Shown here: one piece after another, positions 26,344 to 40,205 of the stretch
Numbering within the stretch: position 1 is the first letter of the stretch
Layout of the letters: each line of letters begins with the position of its first letter
Notes under the pieces: generated by a model
Seen by the model: only the letters and a program-made list of their open reading frames with translations
The model's database searches: none
What the model was told of the DNA's origin: nothing
Assembly (NCBI GenBank): GCA_963924565.1
Contig: OZ004611.1
Span: 21,886,001-21,950,000 of the forward strand
Length of the DNA: 64,000 nt
Direction of reading: 5' to 3'
From: Ascidiella aspersa
Lineage: Eukaryota
Program-made: the position numbers and the translations under genes

Positions 26344-29300
26344 ATGACCACAACTGAGGTAATTGGCAGCAGCCTCACCACCACAACTCCAACCCAAGCT
26401 CTTACGCCATACAACAGCACTAAACCGGTCCAAGCCGCCGTGAACCGGTTCCATCAGCCGGAGTGGGTCATCGCTGAGATGATCAGCATAGTCACGGTAC
26501 TCTCTGTAACCTGGGTCGTCTGGTGCATGGCAATTTACGGAAGGCGGACTAGCAAGTGGAGAACGGAAAATGTGCGCGACGCCACGAAAGTTAACGCCGG
26601 GGCTGTTTACACATCGGCAATCGTTTGTATGCTGATGAGCTATGCGCCTTTGCTGACTTCGCAGGTAAAAACTCTTGTGATAAGTTGCCATTTTAATATT
26701 GTGATCCATATAAGATCACCTTTTTGCGTTGCACGTAGGCTACAGTAGGTAAGAAACGTCCTCAATCCATAACAACTGTATAGTTGACTTTAAAATTTAG
26801 AAGTTAGGAATGGTTTACCCAAGTAAAGCTACCTAAGTCATTCCCTGCAGTAAAACTCTACGTTAATCTAATGACAAGTATCCAATTAGTTTTACAACCT
26901 ATGGTTTTGCTTCAACCTTCAAAAGACAAGACGACTCTTTAAATAACGTGCCTGAGGTTTACAACAAATTAGATAATACTTGACTGTACATCGGTTGACT
27001 TTTGTATGAGCTTTGACATTTCTGCTACGTCTAGAAGCCCTATATCTAAAATCTACACCACTATGCTGCAAACTTCATTCTTGCTTGATCGTGTTGAACG
27101 TTTCCATAAAGCGTTACACCCGAAAAGAAACTAGCATTACAGAACACACATTAGGTTGACTAACTTCTCAGTTATTGTTGTAGCCACTATCAGTCTGCAA
27201 ACGTCGAAGTGGTCGCAGATTTTAACAACCATGTTATGGTGTAACTACTCCAAAAGAAAAGTATATAATTATGGAAGCATGTTAATTGATCACATAACGA
27301 CATGTGTTTTCCTGTTTAACTTACACCTCTTCCGTCATCCGTAAAACTCGCCAACACACGTGTTTTATCCTGGAAACTTTTAAGGCCATTTTCAACCTCG
27401 GTTACATGGACGACGGCCCCGGTCCTTGCGACACCGCGCTTGACGTCTACGTCATCGCCTACTCGTTCACGATTGTCAGCGTGTATACCTTCCTCTGGTT
27501 CAGACAACGCTCTCTCCACCTTCACCCGGTCATGGCGGCGGCCACAGGCGGCACGTGGTTGCGGCGGTTGAGTTGGATCAGTATTAGTGTGATAGCTGGT
27601 GGCATATTCGTTGCTTGCGTGGCCTTCGTGATGCCGGGTAAGTCAGACCAATAGATATTGGTTCGAGAATAAATACCCTTAAACCAGTATAGTTCCAAAC
27701 CAGGATGCCTAAGGATACTGGGGGTTAGTTTTGATTCTTATTCTACTACAGGGCTTTGCAACTTGCTTACGTCACTGTAGCACAATTGCTCAGTTTGCAC
27801 CCCCAGTACATTCGAGTATTAGGCATAATCCCAGAGCTACATGCTTAATGGGGAAGGCAGTTTGTTTTTTGCGAGCAACGAAATTAATTTAGTCAATGTT
27901 TCAAAAGAGAATGTACTTTATCGCCCTTTAGCAACAAAATTACCTTTTTGTAAGAAACGTTTGTGGACTTCTTCGATATATAGATCACTACGAACCCTAA
28001 GGGTCCCATGTACCACATTTAAAAAGTCCCACTCAATTGCTATAGGATTCGTGATAAATTTATTTTTGTGCGATTAGAGCAGGGGTGGGCAAACTTTTTA
28101 GCTCGAGAGCCGCATTCAGAAGCTGAATTTGTTCGAGGGCCGCACCGTATTATAATTGAGAATCTAAAATAGTAAAACCACTGAAAATCAGTACTTGCCG
28201 TTGGTAGCTGTTTTGCTTCTATTTTCGATTCAACTTTAGAGGACATACAACGCTGACAGCATCAACCATACAATCTTTAATACATTCCGCTTCTACAAAT
28301 GGCTTGTTGTGTTTTGAATTTTTATTGGCTAATGTTGGCTATTGTCTCAAACATGTTTTTAATTCAGTCGCTTCATTTTGACACTCATGATTTGATAAAT
28401 TGTGCCAAAATTAGGATGCTTGGTTTCAAAGTGACGTTTCAAATTTTAATCTTTAAATACAGCAACGCTTCAATGACAAATCAAACATATTGCTTTACCT
28501 CCGACATACTTTTCTGTATATTCTTTCCAAGAATAAGATAACACTAGTAATGCGACATGCCGTACTCATAAATTTCCATTGTGACGTAATAGGCTGTTTA
28601 GCAACCTAAAGCAACCTGGTGCACACATGTGTCGTAAGGCAGCTAACACACTGCGGGCGAGAAATTGAAAATTGTCGCTCAATGAATGCAATTAAATATT
28701 TAAGCGAGCAATTTTATTAATATTTTTTATTCAGATCTCTTCAGACTTCCGCGGGCCGCACAAAAAATTGTCACGGGCCGCATGCGGCCCGCGGGCAGTA
28801 GTTTGCCCACCTCTGGATTAGAGTGTAAAAATTTGGCAAACATTTACTAGTTAGTTGTGTTTACTAGTTAGTTGTTGTATTGTTATCAATGTAAACGACT
28901 AGACGAAAATACTAGTATGCTGCCGCTGTTTTTATTAGCTATTTTGTAGGGCGCCGCTAAAGCCAAAAACGTTGGAAACCACTGCCTTATTGGGGCATAA
29001 TCGTTGGAGGTTATAGTTAGACAAAGAGGAATAAAGAGCTATTCAAAACGTACGAAAAATGTCGTGTATACCTAAATGAGCTTTGATATTCATACTACCG
29101 CTTATACCTTTCGATCGAAAGAAACTTTTATAAATTATATTAAAACGTTGGAATAAACTGGTCAAGATTTTACACTGCCAATCGAAACGTTTAACACTAT
29201 AGGTTCTTGTTACAATACTTATTCTATGTACCGAAAGAAGCTCTTTTTTGTGTCGTTTTGCTTTGCGTGGTGTTGTTTATTCCCTGATGAAGATATCCTG

Positions 29301-30335
29301 AATAAGTTCTGGTATCAACAGCATATTTATACTTTCTCTATTTTCTTTGAGCTTAGTTTTACTTAATTCCTCTTATTGGGTGAGCCAAGGGTTCAATAGA
29401 AGGATTGGAGTGTAATATTCGACAGCTTAATTACGGAGCACGGAATGGGGACCTGGCCAGTCAAATTAGAAACTTAACACATAATGGAATAAATAATGTA
29501 ATACGGTTAACTTGTTTTGTGAAACGTTTCAATGGGTACACAAATTTGGCGATAAAATAAAGTAAATAGGACATGTTTTCACCTAAGTCTTTCTATGTGC
29601 TTGTACATAGTCATCACCCAACTCATGTTTCTTCAATCACACGAACTGCTGTCGAAAAGTTCATTTGGGACCCAACCTTAACGTAAAACTTTCTTAACGT
29701 ATGGCCAAGTGAGGCATATTTTCTCCTAAAATGCGTATGTTACCAAGCAAAGCTTTGTTTCCACATTCGTCAGCCCACGTTTTAGCGCGATTGGGCGTGT
29801 GATATTAGGGTTTAACTTTAACATAACCTTCCTGTGCTCAGAAAACTACGCAAACTCGAGTCGCGGCTGCGTGTCGAAACCTTCGGGCGAGTTCGTGATC
29901 TGGCCGATCTACGTCAGCACAGGGATCGTGTGTTTCGGACAGGCGATCATGCTCCTCCTCTTCTTTCAGCCTCTTCGCACCCGCACCTGCCGCCAGAGGG
30001 CAGCACGACGCGTTCGCCGCATCCTGAAGCGTTCGGCTTTCTTCGCGCTGCTTTGCGCCGCCTCGGATCTCGTCGCTATGGCAACGCTCGCCTTTGCTGT
30101 TCCCGAGAGCTCGACGCGTCACGTGACCACAACCGTGTATAATGTCAGTATCGCTTTCAACCTGGTCAGTGTTCTATTAGCCTTCCAGTCGTGGCGCAAG
30201 ATCTTGCGAGCTCCCTTCATGCGGCCGGGCGACCAAATCTCGGCTTCTTCCGTTGGTGTTTCAGGCTCTGTTGATTCGCTCGGAAATTCCAACGACGCGC
30301 AGCTGCGTGTTGTACTTCCAACCGGGATTGCGTAA
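26344..30335 (+). CDS. 7TM family locus 4b (duplicate of 4a; exons 26344-26664, 27385-27637, 29842-30335)
   Basis: Same splice sites as 4a. The only protein difference I see is the last residue (P to A); several synonymous changes. Confidence 0.85.
28080..28815. mobile_element. Duplicate of the hAT MITE, in intron 2 of locus 4b
   Basis: Same TIRs and GATTAGAG TSD. Confidence 0.9.
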
Positions 30336-31631
30336 AAACGAACGCATAGTTCCCCTTTGGTTCGGTCGTCGATTTATGGAAGTTTTAGCAGTCGTTTACT
30401 CTCAATGATAAAATCTGATCGGAGCCAAAATCCGATATTAAGTATCAGTGTGATTTGTTTGCCCACACTGATATGGTTTCGACTTAATTAATTTTTGGCA
30501 AATGAGCTTTAAGATTAATTTATTGAATCAAATGAAATTAAGTTTATTTATTAAAGAAGACTTGACTGGGATTTGAGTCGTTTGAAAATGACTTATAAAA
30601 ACAACACTGCAGATTATGCTCGGCATTTTAGCAATTAGTTTGCCATCGAACTCGGTTATTTTCACCTTCAAAGGCACCTCTTAAAAATATAGCATATAAA
30701 CAACCAACCGTAACTAAGATGATTTTTCATCTATCAAACAAATTTTGCCCCAACAATCTGTGTAGCCCTATGCTAATTATAATGTTATCAATATCGCCCA
30801 TTCAACTAAAGTATAGTAACCTTATTTGGTATCACATCACAGGGCCACACTTTTAGGCTAAAATACCAGAAATCGCTCTCGGCAGAAATACGAGGTATTG
30901 TGTTTTTGTTGGACTGTAGCGAATCGTTGTTAAATCTGAAGCAAGTCAATCTCAAATGACAGCTGTCTAGATGACGACGTTTCAAGTCCCACAATTAGTG
31001 ACCTAGTTCCTCGATAAAATTTCATTCGTTGCCTTAAAAATAAAAAAACAGAAACCGTCATTGCTTGCTAAACGTATAGCGACGTTCTGAGTCAGACGTC
31101 GTAAGGTTGTAAAACACGCTTGATATTACTAAATAACCTGACGTCAACTCGGCATGACTGCGCTGCGTCTTTCTAAATATATATTGTCCTATACACAAAA
31201 CGGCTTATGGTAATCTTCGTTTAATAAACCAAAAAGAATACCGTACTAATAGATGAGTTACTTGAATGGTCTCTTCATTTTAGACAACCTATAGTGAACA
31301 CGTGGTAGAGATAGTTCAACCGCTGTCTGTTATATTTTTTACTTTGCTGTGAGACTCTAATACTTACAAGCTATATTACATGTGACAAAAATTGTAACAA
31401 ATACCAATCAGTAAATCAGGTATATATTTCTAACCCAGTGCCACACAGAGTTGCAGCAGTTCATAGAAAACAATTTTACCTTTTTGTTACAGCTTCGACA
31501 AACATTTGTAAAATTTAACAACGGAAATATCTAAAATACACTTAAACGATAAAAGGAGCCAAGTTAAACTTCATAGCGCAAATACTGTATCGTAGCTGTT
31601 TTTTTTTTGTTTGGCTTCTCGAACAGTGCTG

Positions 31632-32540
31632 TTATTTCCGCACTAGCATACACGAGATGATTTTGCGCCACGAGTCAAACGATAAAACCACGCAGAACAG
31701 GTTGCAGCACACGTTCAAGTCGAACACAGTCAACTTCAGTTGCTGTGTGGCTCGTGCCGGGACCGCAGTCGAGCTGACCACTGCCAGTAACAGGTCACTT
31801 ATCGTCATGGCGGCAGCAACGGCTGCGGAACGTTTCAGAATCCTCATAGCTGAACCGGCGATGCTAGTTTGCATTTGAAAGCGAAGAGGGTAAACGAAAA
31901 GGCCGATCAACAGCAACTGGCCGATCATCTGGGTGCCGAACGCCACGTATAGCGGCCAGTAGACTGTGTTTTTGTGGTAGAAGGTAATACAGCCTCTGGT
32001 TGACCCGGTTAAGTCGTCTGGGTAAACAAAAGCAACAAGGGCGACCAATCCGCTGCTGAATGTTAGCAGCAGGGTTCCCCACTTGACGTACGACAGCCAC
32101 CGGTCAAGGACCTGTATAGCGGCGATATGGCGATATAGGTAGAACTGTTTGAGCCACAGAACCAGAAACGCGCAAAATGTCGTTAGAGCGTAGAATACCG
32201 CCGAAGCGCCAATGGTCGTTTCGCAAGGCTCGCCCAGCGTTCCGTAGCCAATGTTGAATGCCGCCTGGTTTAACGCTAGTCGTACAAGGGCGCAAAAAAC
32301 GGCAGTAACTGTAGCGGTGTAGACGGACCTCGCGTTGATTTCTGCAATGTTGGTGACGCCCTTGTGCCACTTGCCGTTCCGTATTCCGTAAACTACGAAG
32401 CTAAGGCCGATCCAAAGCATGCAGAAAATAGCCAAGACGTTGAAAGCCTCGGCGACAATCCAGTCCGGTTGGTGAAAACGATTGGCTGGACTTGAGACAT
32501 TGTTCGGTTCTGCAACAACAGGCAAGCTTCGGTTCTCCAT
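31632..32540 (-). CDS. 7TM family locus 5b (duplicate of 5a; 302 aa)
   Basis: Differs from 5a at three residues (EAN/EPN, NVGY/NIGY, STVVP/STAVP). Confidence 0.9.
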   Translation of the reverse strand: MENRSLPVVAEPNNVSSPANRFHQPDWIVAEAFNVLAIFCMLWIGLSFVVYGIRNGKWHKGVTNIAEINARSVYTATVTAVFCALVRLALNQAAFNIGYGTLGEPCETTIGASAVFYALTTFCAFLVLWLKQFYLYRHIAAIQVLDRWLSYVKWGTLLLTFSSGLVALVAFVYPDDLTGSTRGCITFYHKNTVYWPLYVAFGTQMIGQLLLIGLFVYPLRFQMQTSIAGSAMRILKRSAAVAAAMTISDLLLAVVSSTAVPARATQQLKLTVFDLNVCCNLFCVVLSFDSWRKIISCMLVRK

Positions 32541-35500
32541 CCTGCTTTATATTACGTTTAATTTGAGCCTAGTTCAGAAGTTAAAAATTACGAACATGTG
32601 CTCCTAAAGATTAAACAAGTCTGCGCAAAAACGCGATTGGATATTACATCAACGTAAAAATACAACTTCGAAAGCTTGTTTGCGCCTTTTTGTCGAAGTC
32701 ATTTTCGCAGGTAAGCCTAATTGGCCATAAAGATTTTATAGAGACAACAAATAATACTTGATATCAAAACCTATAATTTTTCAATCACAGCCTTATCTTC
32801 CAAAATTTCATCAACCGTATCCAACCATGGCCTTTCTAAACCTTATTGCAAAGTCTACATCAATACCACTTCAAAAGGCGACACCACATCTTGTGTTGAC
32901 AAACACTATGTAACCTAGACGTTTTACACAAGCGGAACTGAGCGGTTTCGATGTGGTTCGGCATCGTTTTAGTGGCAAGGGCGATTCTGCGATGACGTCA
33001 TAACGCACTGTTTTCATTTCAAAGTGACGTCACGCCGTGGTGGTGACTGAAGTTGTGGCGTACTTTCGCATCGTGCCCTATCGAGGTTGTGTTTTAGGCG
33101 TCCTGCATTTTAACGCAAAATGTTTATCGCGGTGGTGACCAGGGCTGTGAAGTCACAGCCGGCATCGGGACTCGGAACTGGACGGAGTCATTTTATTTGG
33201 GTAAAGTCGAACTCGAGAATGACCACTCAAGACTACTGAAGTCTCGAGACCGACGTGCCCTTGTGCAGTAACAAGTTCGGAACCGTTAAGGCCGCATACT
33301 GTAACTCCTAAAGGTGAAATAAAATAGAGTAAAATATTTTTACCCATGGTACATCGGTGGGTGAGTTGTACGACTCCCTTATGAGAGAATTGCTGTATAT
33401 CATCTCTATTTTATAAAATGGCGTGATGATGATACAGGGTTATCTAGTCAGAGCCGGCAGCTCTGGTTGTGACCGCATCGGCTTAATATAGAAAGTCTGG
33501 AGCAGCGGTTCTTTAACTTTTTTGGACGCGCCCCTTTGACTCAATTTAACGACACTCGCGCCCCCTTTCCAAATATCACTGTGCCCTTTAATGAATAACA
33601 CTGTGTCCTTTAATGTACAATTATCTGCATTACACAAGCAGTGTTTTCATATCAATATAAACATCGCTTAGTGAAATATAGAGGTTAACTATTAAAGTGT
33701 AAGATTATTCAAACTTTATTTGATATCTGTTGCATTCTTTAGCCAAAATTAGGCAATGTAATCGTGTAAATCAGCATCTATATATAGCACATTAAAGTTT
33801 GTCATGTGAAAATTATGAACTGTACTGCGATAAGTTGCAGACGAATAATTGTGCAGAATTGAAAACAAATATATTAAGTGAATTTTTTAGGTAAAACAAG
33901 TGGAATGTGTGGAGTTGGCTCTAATGTTTTGAGTCCCACGAGCAACATAGCAACACCCTCAGGGACGGGTCCAGGATTTCTATTTAGTGGGTGTTACAAA
34001 ATGTCATAGTGCGTGAAATCATAAAACAAGTAATCTTTGGAAATCTTTTTTTTTTAAATATATCTATATTTTTAATTGCAATTAAACAATATCAGTAAGT
34101 GTAAAAAAATGTATTTTTAAAAAATAAAATCCTGCTTTTAAAGCTTGATACTAAATATATATCAAAAGTTTTTTTTTCCTCGGTGAGTTCTCCGCATTTT
34201 TTCTATTAGCATTTTTACTATTGTTGGTTGTAATTAAATTTAGTCGTCCAATGTCAACCCTTAATGCACACACATATCTACATGATTTAAAATAAATAGC
34301 CGTTCATTTCGAAAGGAGAGCAAGGCTTTAGTCAGGGTCTGATTCGGGAGCAAGTTAAACCCTATTTATGCCTATTTTAAAAATGTAAATGCCAAAAAAA
34401 CTTTTCTAATATACTTTTATCTTTTTGTAGTGCATTTAATTGGTTGTGGGGTAATCTGCTATACTAAAGTCGCAGTTCATACATGATATGGTTTTCTTTT
34501 TTAAATATGCCCTTAACATCAAAAGTTTAATATCCTTATTCTATAAACATATTTAGGAGTTTCTTCTCGGTAAAACCCTATTTTATTTTTGCGAAGACTT
34601 CATCTTGATAACATTCTGTCAAAACTGATGACTACATTTTGTGATATGCGTGGCGTTTAAATGTACGCTTTTCTATAGTAAATAACTGAACACGACAATA
34701 ACCTGTATTAAACTTTAGAAAGCTTATTAAAAGTGCCCTAAGAGTTAAGTCTCTTGTGCTCAATTTACCGAGCATCGACGCTTTAACAAACTCGCTCCAA
34801 TTTCAGTATTACATAATATGACAAGAAGCTTAAAACAGTAGACGAAACGCAACATTTTCTTTAGCTTATAAAATATTTCTGATTCTATTGATAAGACACG
34901 AACGACACTCGGACGGGAAAAAAAATCAATAAACAACGACCACTTCCTGATGCCAAAGATATACTCAGTGCACTGAAGCCGCACAACATGTGTTTAGTCA
35001 TCTTGACCGTCCGTGAATCATTGGAAATCGGCGCAAGACAAAGAACAGTGAGGAAAACCAACGGTGCATCGGAGTTTACCACGCGATTACCTTTTCCGGA
35101 AAAAATATATGCTGTTTTGGAGAACTAACCTTTCTTGGCAGAACAGCGCTGTTGTTTTCTGACGGTTGCTCGTATTTTTTCTTTTTCTCATAAACAAATC
35201 TGCGAATCAGTTGCAGCAACAACCGCTAGCCATAACGATGTAATTAGCCAAAATTCTGAATGACGTATTTTTTACTTAAACAACTGGATTTATTTTAACT
35301 TTTTGAAATTAGATTAGAATTTAAATTGGAATTTTTTATTTTCTTAAATTAGATTAGAGTTATAATTAGTAAAATTATTCAAAACCAAAATTTAAACCAG
35401 ATTTAAGAAAGTGAATGTTAATTTTTGTGTGCTAATTTGTATTATGTTTTCGCATATCCTATGCTTTTCAGGTTGTAAAAAATCACCCACCAGTCTTCCG

Positions 35501-38500
35501 GTCAAAGGGTATTAATTTAAATTTTTTTGTTTCGAGTAACTAAATATGCCATTAAATAAAGTGGCATTCTTGGTAAAACCCGAATTTGATTAGAATTAGA
35601 ATTAGCCACATTTTGCTCTAATTCACTGAATTAGAAAACTATAGATAGTTGTCGAAGTCTGCTTAGTGCACCGTGGGCAAGACTGTGTCATATCTTTGTC
35701 ACACTTTGACGGATTGGAAACAGTGCTTTCCGCTTGCGGAGAAATGACTTTTCTAGAAATTTCTTTTTTTTCAAATCCGGCGTTGGCGTACCGCTAAACA
35801 ACAGGTGGGTATGATTTCTAAAATAAGTTCCCTGTTGTGCGCAAATGGCCATATATTTATTGATGCGTTCCGACTTATTAGTTGGGATACATGCAGTGGT
35901 AGGATTCAATTTTTGTTGTCAGCCGGTTCTATTACAAAAGTCATTGGATGCAACCCTAGTTTACAGCGAATGTTGCGAACTGCAAACCGGCTGAATCCCA
36001 TCACTGCTAATAGCCGCACTAAAAAGCAGCCGTCGTCGCACGACCTGTACCTTATGACGCAACAATTAAATTTTAAGACAAACAATCACAAAAGGAAAAT
36101 TACTACAATTATAGACATTAACACAATGTGCGACTGTTACGCGCGACCTTGACCATTGCACATTATGAAAAAACAAACACGCGAGCTACTTGGATCTCAA
36201 AAATTAATGTATGGAAGGAGAGGCAAAAATCCTTTGACAGTTACCAGTAATGCTAACTGGTTCGCTGATCTCGTAAAATTCCGCGAGACGGTTCTGTAGA
36301 ACCGATGCGAACTGGCTGAATCCCACCACAGGATACATGCTTGACGCTTGTTGACTTATTCTGCAATAAGTTAAGCATTTTCATGTTTATCTTCGTTGCT
36401 CGTGATGACGGTACAGTTAGGTTTGTCTGCGGGTAAGATCAATACATCTTCGTTTGACCTATAGACGTGTGTTTACTTGATGCCAAGTTTTATTTACCTA
36501 TAGTCTTCGGTGTTTTGATCCATTGTAACAGTACACTTCGATGTTGTTACACTGTGGTTCCAATGCTAGGGGATATTTTAATGTTCTGTGAAAATATCTA
36601 GTCAAAAATTGTTCCTGTTAACTTTGTATATTAATAATATGAAATAATAATGATGACCAACCATCAACCAAACACTATCTGACACACTAACCCAAATATT
36701 GTGCGTTGCTTTAATAATTGTTTTAACTTTGTGGTGGAATTTTAGACCAACGCGGATTTTTCTAACTTTGCATTATAAACAATGATTAGAGCAGTGTTTT
36801 TTATCCTTTTTCACTTGGGAGCATACCTAAAGGAGACATCTAAACCTTGGCGGCGCACCTGGCGAGCGAAGCGAGCACTATACATAGTCGTAATAATGAC
36901 GAGGTCTGAATAAGACCTATAGCCAAAATAGGGCGAACCTTTCATCTAACCCCAAACCCCAAATCCCACCAATGACTATCACTAACTCCCATAATATTTT
37001 TAACCCCAACCCAATTGCTAACCCACCGATTATACCCTATCAATAACAGGTCGAAAAATCCGTGGCCAAAACGGCGGTGCCGCTTAAACTGGGGCGCCCA
37101 AACGTCGACAGCAAAACGGCGATGCCAGACAGGTGTCCTCCAGTCGCTCCATGCCTTCTCCCCACAGTTTTAGGCGTTATTTTTTCCATCGGGGTTTTAT
37201 TCTGAAATATTTAGGACTTAACTTGATTCTAGACTATTTTGGATATTATTCTGTCGTGGTTACTACTGCGAATTCGGCGTTATTATTTCGGAGGTCTTAA
37301 TACTATGGTATTTTAAATTATTCTGATTTAAATATTGTTGCTTTGTAGGTCTTATTGTGTGTCCTACTTAAAAGTACTGTGGAATCAGTACGCTATAATA
37401 AAAAAAAAATATATGTTTTTGAATATTTTTTTTTTATATTTTCACCATTCTATGGGCTTTGATATTCTTACTATGTCTTACGACAACCTCCAACTAATAT
37501 GCTCGGAAATTTGTGAAACAGTAATACACCGTTTGAGGCATATGTGCGGTAAATAACGTATTTCCGTCTTTTGCTAACTTCATATACTAAGGGTGTGCAA
37601 ATCGCGGCTCTCCGATAAGTTTTTTGTTACTCCAAAATTTATATAGAGGAATAGTTCATTTAAAAAAAAAAAAAAAATGTGTTTTCATAACCCGTCGTAT
37701 TGTTTTTTTATAGAACTGCATTTTATAACTTTGTTGTGTGACTGTTGACATATCAAAACAAAAAACGAAACAAAAGTTATTAGAAAGCACCGGTTGTTAA
37801 AACTTCGTAGTATTGTTCATTTATGGATGTTTTTACTTTTTCGTGGCCCTCGCAACAGCATACTTCCGCATGCTCTGGTATGGTTGCACACAAATTCATC
37901 AACCGTTAATCCACTCTGTGCGACTATTATGATACTCTACTGAATTTGAAAGGCGGCTCACGAGAAGAAAACTGTGCCCACCCCTGGCCCACAGCGAGAA
38001 ACTTACAGAAAATCAGAAACGTAAGAGTTGAGCAAGCAGAACGACATAAATATTGTTTTTTCTTGTTGATTTAGTTATCATTCTTACACAAGTAACGCGT
38101 TTGAAGGTTTTAGTGACCATTAAGGTTTACTGTCGCAAAACGTTGCGAAATCCGTTATACTTGGATCACAGGGCGTATCTGGGATTTATGTTTGGGGCGC
38201 GATCAAGATTTTAGAGATGACGTCACAAAATTGCGTTATAACATGATTTAATGAAACAAGTAGAAGTTTTAACTTCCTGTTCCAGATCGGACTTTTAAAA
38301 TTCGGTCATGCGCTCATGAAGATTGTGGCAAAACGTTCGCGTAAAATCCTTGAAATGCGTTTATTAAGTTAAGATAGACAAATATTTTATTTTATAAGAA
38401 AACAGTAAAATTACTATAATTACAAGTCGATTTGCGCAAATAAGTTTGTCATTGGCCCACAGCTGTATGGCTAAGCAGACACCACATAAAATTTCACGCA

Positions 38501-38798
38501 AAATGCAAAAAGCTATGCGTTTCACCTGTTAAAGCTTCAAGCTGCTGGAGAGATGTTATTTACGTCACATTGTCGTATCGCGTTACAGTTTGCGCTATAG
38601 GCGCTATAATACTGTAGTGTGAAAACAATTTCCCCAAAAGAAGCAGAAAGACAAAGTAGACTCACACCAGCATTTGTGACTTACGTAAGCTTTAAGTAGG
38701 GTGATAGGTAAAATAGGCTTTTTTAAGTTTTGTGGGGCATGACCTCGTGTCCCTCTCAATCCACCCCTTAGTTGGATTCGCAAATCACCTTGCGGTGT

Positions 38799-39734
38799 TT
38801 ATTTCCACACCAACATGCACGTAATGATTTTGCGCCACGATTCAAACGATAAAACGAGACAAAACAGGTTTAAGAACATGTTCAAGTCGAACATTGTTAA
38901 CTTAACGTGTTGCGTCGCGTTCTTTGGAATCGCAAACGAAATGGCGAAGGCAAGTAGCAGATCGGTGAATATCATGGCGGCGGCAACGGCGGCCGAACGT
39001 TTCAGAATCCTCATTGCTGAACCAGCGATGCTGGTTTGTATTTGAAGGCGAAGAGGGTAAACGAAAAGACCAATCAAGAGCAACTGGCCGAACAACTGGC
39101 TGCAAAATGCCAAGTAAAGCGGCCAGTACACAGTGTTTTTGCTGAACAGGGTTACACAGCCCCTTGGCGAACCGCTTATGTCGCGAGGCAAAATGTAATT
39201 AATTAGAGCCACTATGGCAGTGCTATAAACGAACAGCAGAGTGCCCCATTTCACGTGGGAGAGCCATCGGTCGAGGACCTGTATGGCGGCTATATGGCGG
39301 TAGAGGTAAAACTGCTTCAGCCACAGAACCAGGAAAACGCACAAGTTCGTTAAGACGTAGAAGACAGCAGACGCGTCGATGACCGATTCGCAGGGCTCGC
39401 TCATCGAATTGTAGCCGATATTAAAAGACACCTGGTTCATAACGAGGCGTATTAAGGCGCCACACACGGAGGCAACCGTTGCCGTGTAGACGGACCTTGC
39501 GTTGATTTCCGCAATGTTGGTGACACCCTTGTGCCATTTGCCGTGCCTTATTCCGTAAACTACAAAGCTCACCCCAGTCCAAATCAGGCAGAACATGGCG
39601 ACGGCGTTGAATGCCACTGAAGTAATCCATTCCGCCTGGGTAAAAGGGTTAACTGGCTGCACTATGCCAACTGGAGCTTGACTTGTTCCATAGTCCTTAT
39701 TTGCCACTCCTGCTGATATAGTTACGTTAACCAT
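38799..39734 (-). CDS. 7TM family locus 6 (311 aa, intronless CDS; closest to 5a/5b)
   Basis: Motifs NPFTQAEWI, PCE, LWLKQ, SPRGC, LFVYPLR, RILKRS, DLNMFLNLFCLVLSFESWR. Sequon NVT. Confidence 0.9.
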   Translation of the reverse strand: MVNVTISAGVANKDYGTSQAPVGIVQPVNPFTQAEWITSVAFNAVAMFCLIWTGVSFVVYGIRHGKWHKGVTNIAEINARSVYTATVASVCGALIRLVMNQVSFNIGYNSMSEPCESVIDASAVFYVLTNLCVFLVLWLKQFYLYRHIAAIQVLDRWLSHVKWGTLLFVYSTAIVALINYILPRDISGSPRGCVTLFSKNTVYWPLYLAFCSQLFGQLLLIGLFVYPLRLQIQTSIAGSAMRILKRSAAVAAAMIFTDLLLAFAISFAIPKNATQHVKLTMFDLNMFLNLFCLVLSFESWRKIITCMLVWK

Positions 39735-40099
39735 TTTTTACATTAGGTATCAGTACTACAAAAGTTAAACGATATTCAACCCTAAATCGGATATTTAGTT
39801 TAATTGTTTTTTACACGTATTTTGCCCTTGAGATTATTGTACTGCCTATAAACAATGTAAAACATTGTCAAGAGTTGATATTTTCTCTGTGAAAATTTAG
39901 TTGGTGTAATACTGATTAATTATTAAACAATAAATATACATATACAACAATAGTGATCTAGCTCTTTAGAAGTCGTTATTAATTAACGCTAATAGTTAAC
40001 TTAACATACTACATAGTGAGCCTTCTAAAATGCCAACCGAACTAGTCGATCGTTTAACGGTTTTCATTTATTTATTTTATTTGTTTCGGCCAGACTAGA

Positions 40100-40205
40100 A
40101 AAATTAGCCTGCGGTAAGGTTCGAACTCACGACTTGGGTTCAAAGGGGTTGAAGTCGAAATTCGACACAAGAACCGTCTTTATGCTTACCTACACTATAC
40201 CCCAT
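40100..40205 (-). mobile_element. Possible tRNA-derived SINE head (degenerate)
   Basis: Minus-strand B-box-like GTGAGTTCGAACCTTAC with an A-box-like TATAGTGTAGGTAAGC upstream. No intact cloverleaf is apparent. Confidence 0.3.

Larger units (their letters stand above)
23076..33618 (+). repeat. Tandem segmental duplication, copy 2 (~10.54 kb; loci 4b and 5b)
   Basis: Starts with actctttattcattttctc as at 12727 and ends at ...tttaatgtac. Scattered substitutions and small indels relative to copy 1. Confidence 0.95.

Noticed and set aside
36945-37040. Telomere-like (TAACCC) tract
   Set aside because: Highly degenerate, short and interstitial; more likely an internal part of a repeat element.
40100-40205. 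Functional tRNA gene
   Set aside because: Only a B-box/T-arm-like stretch is visible, with no consistent acceptor or anticodon stems. Kept as a low-confidence SINE-like fragment.
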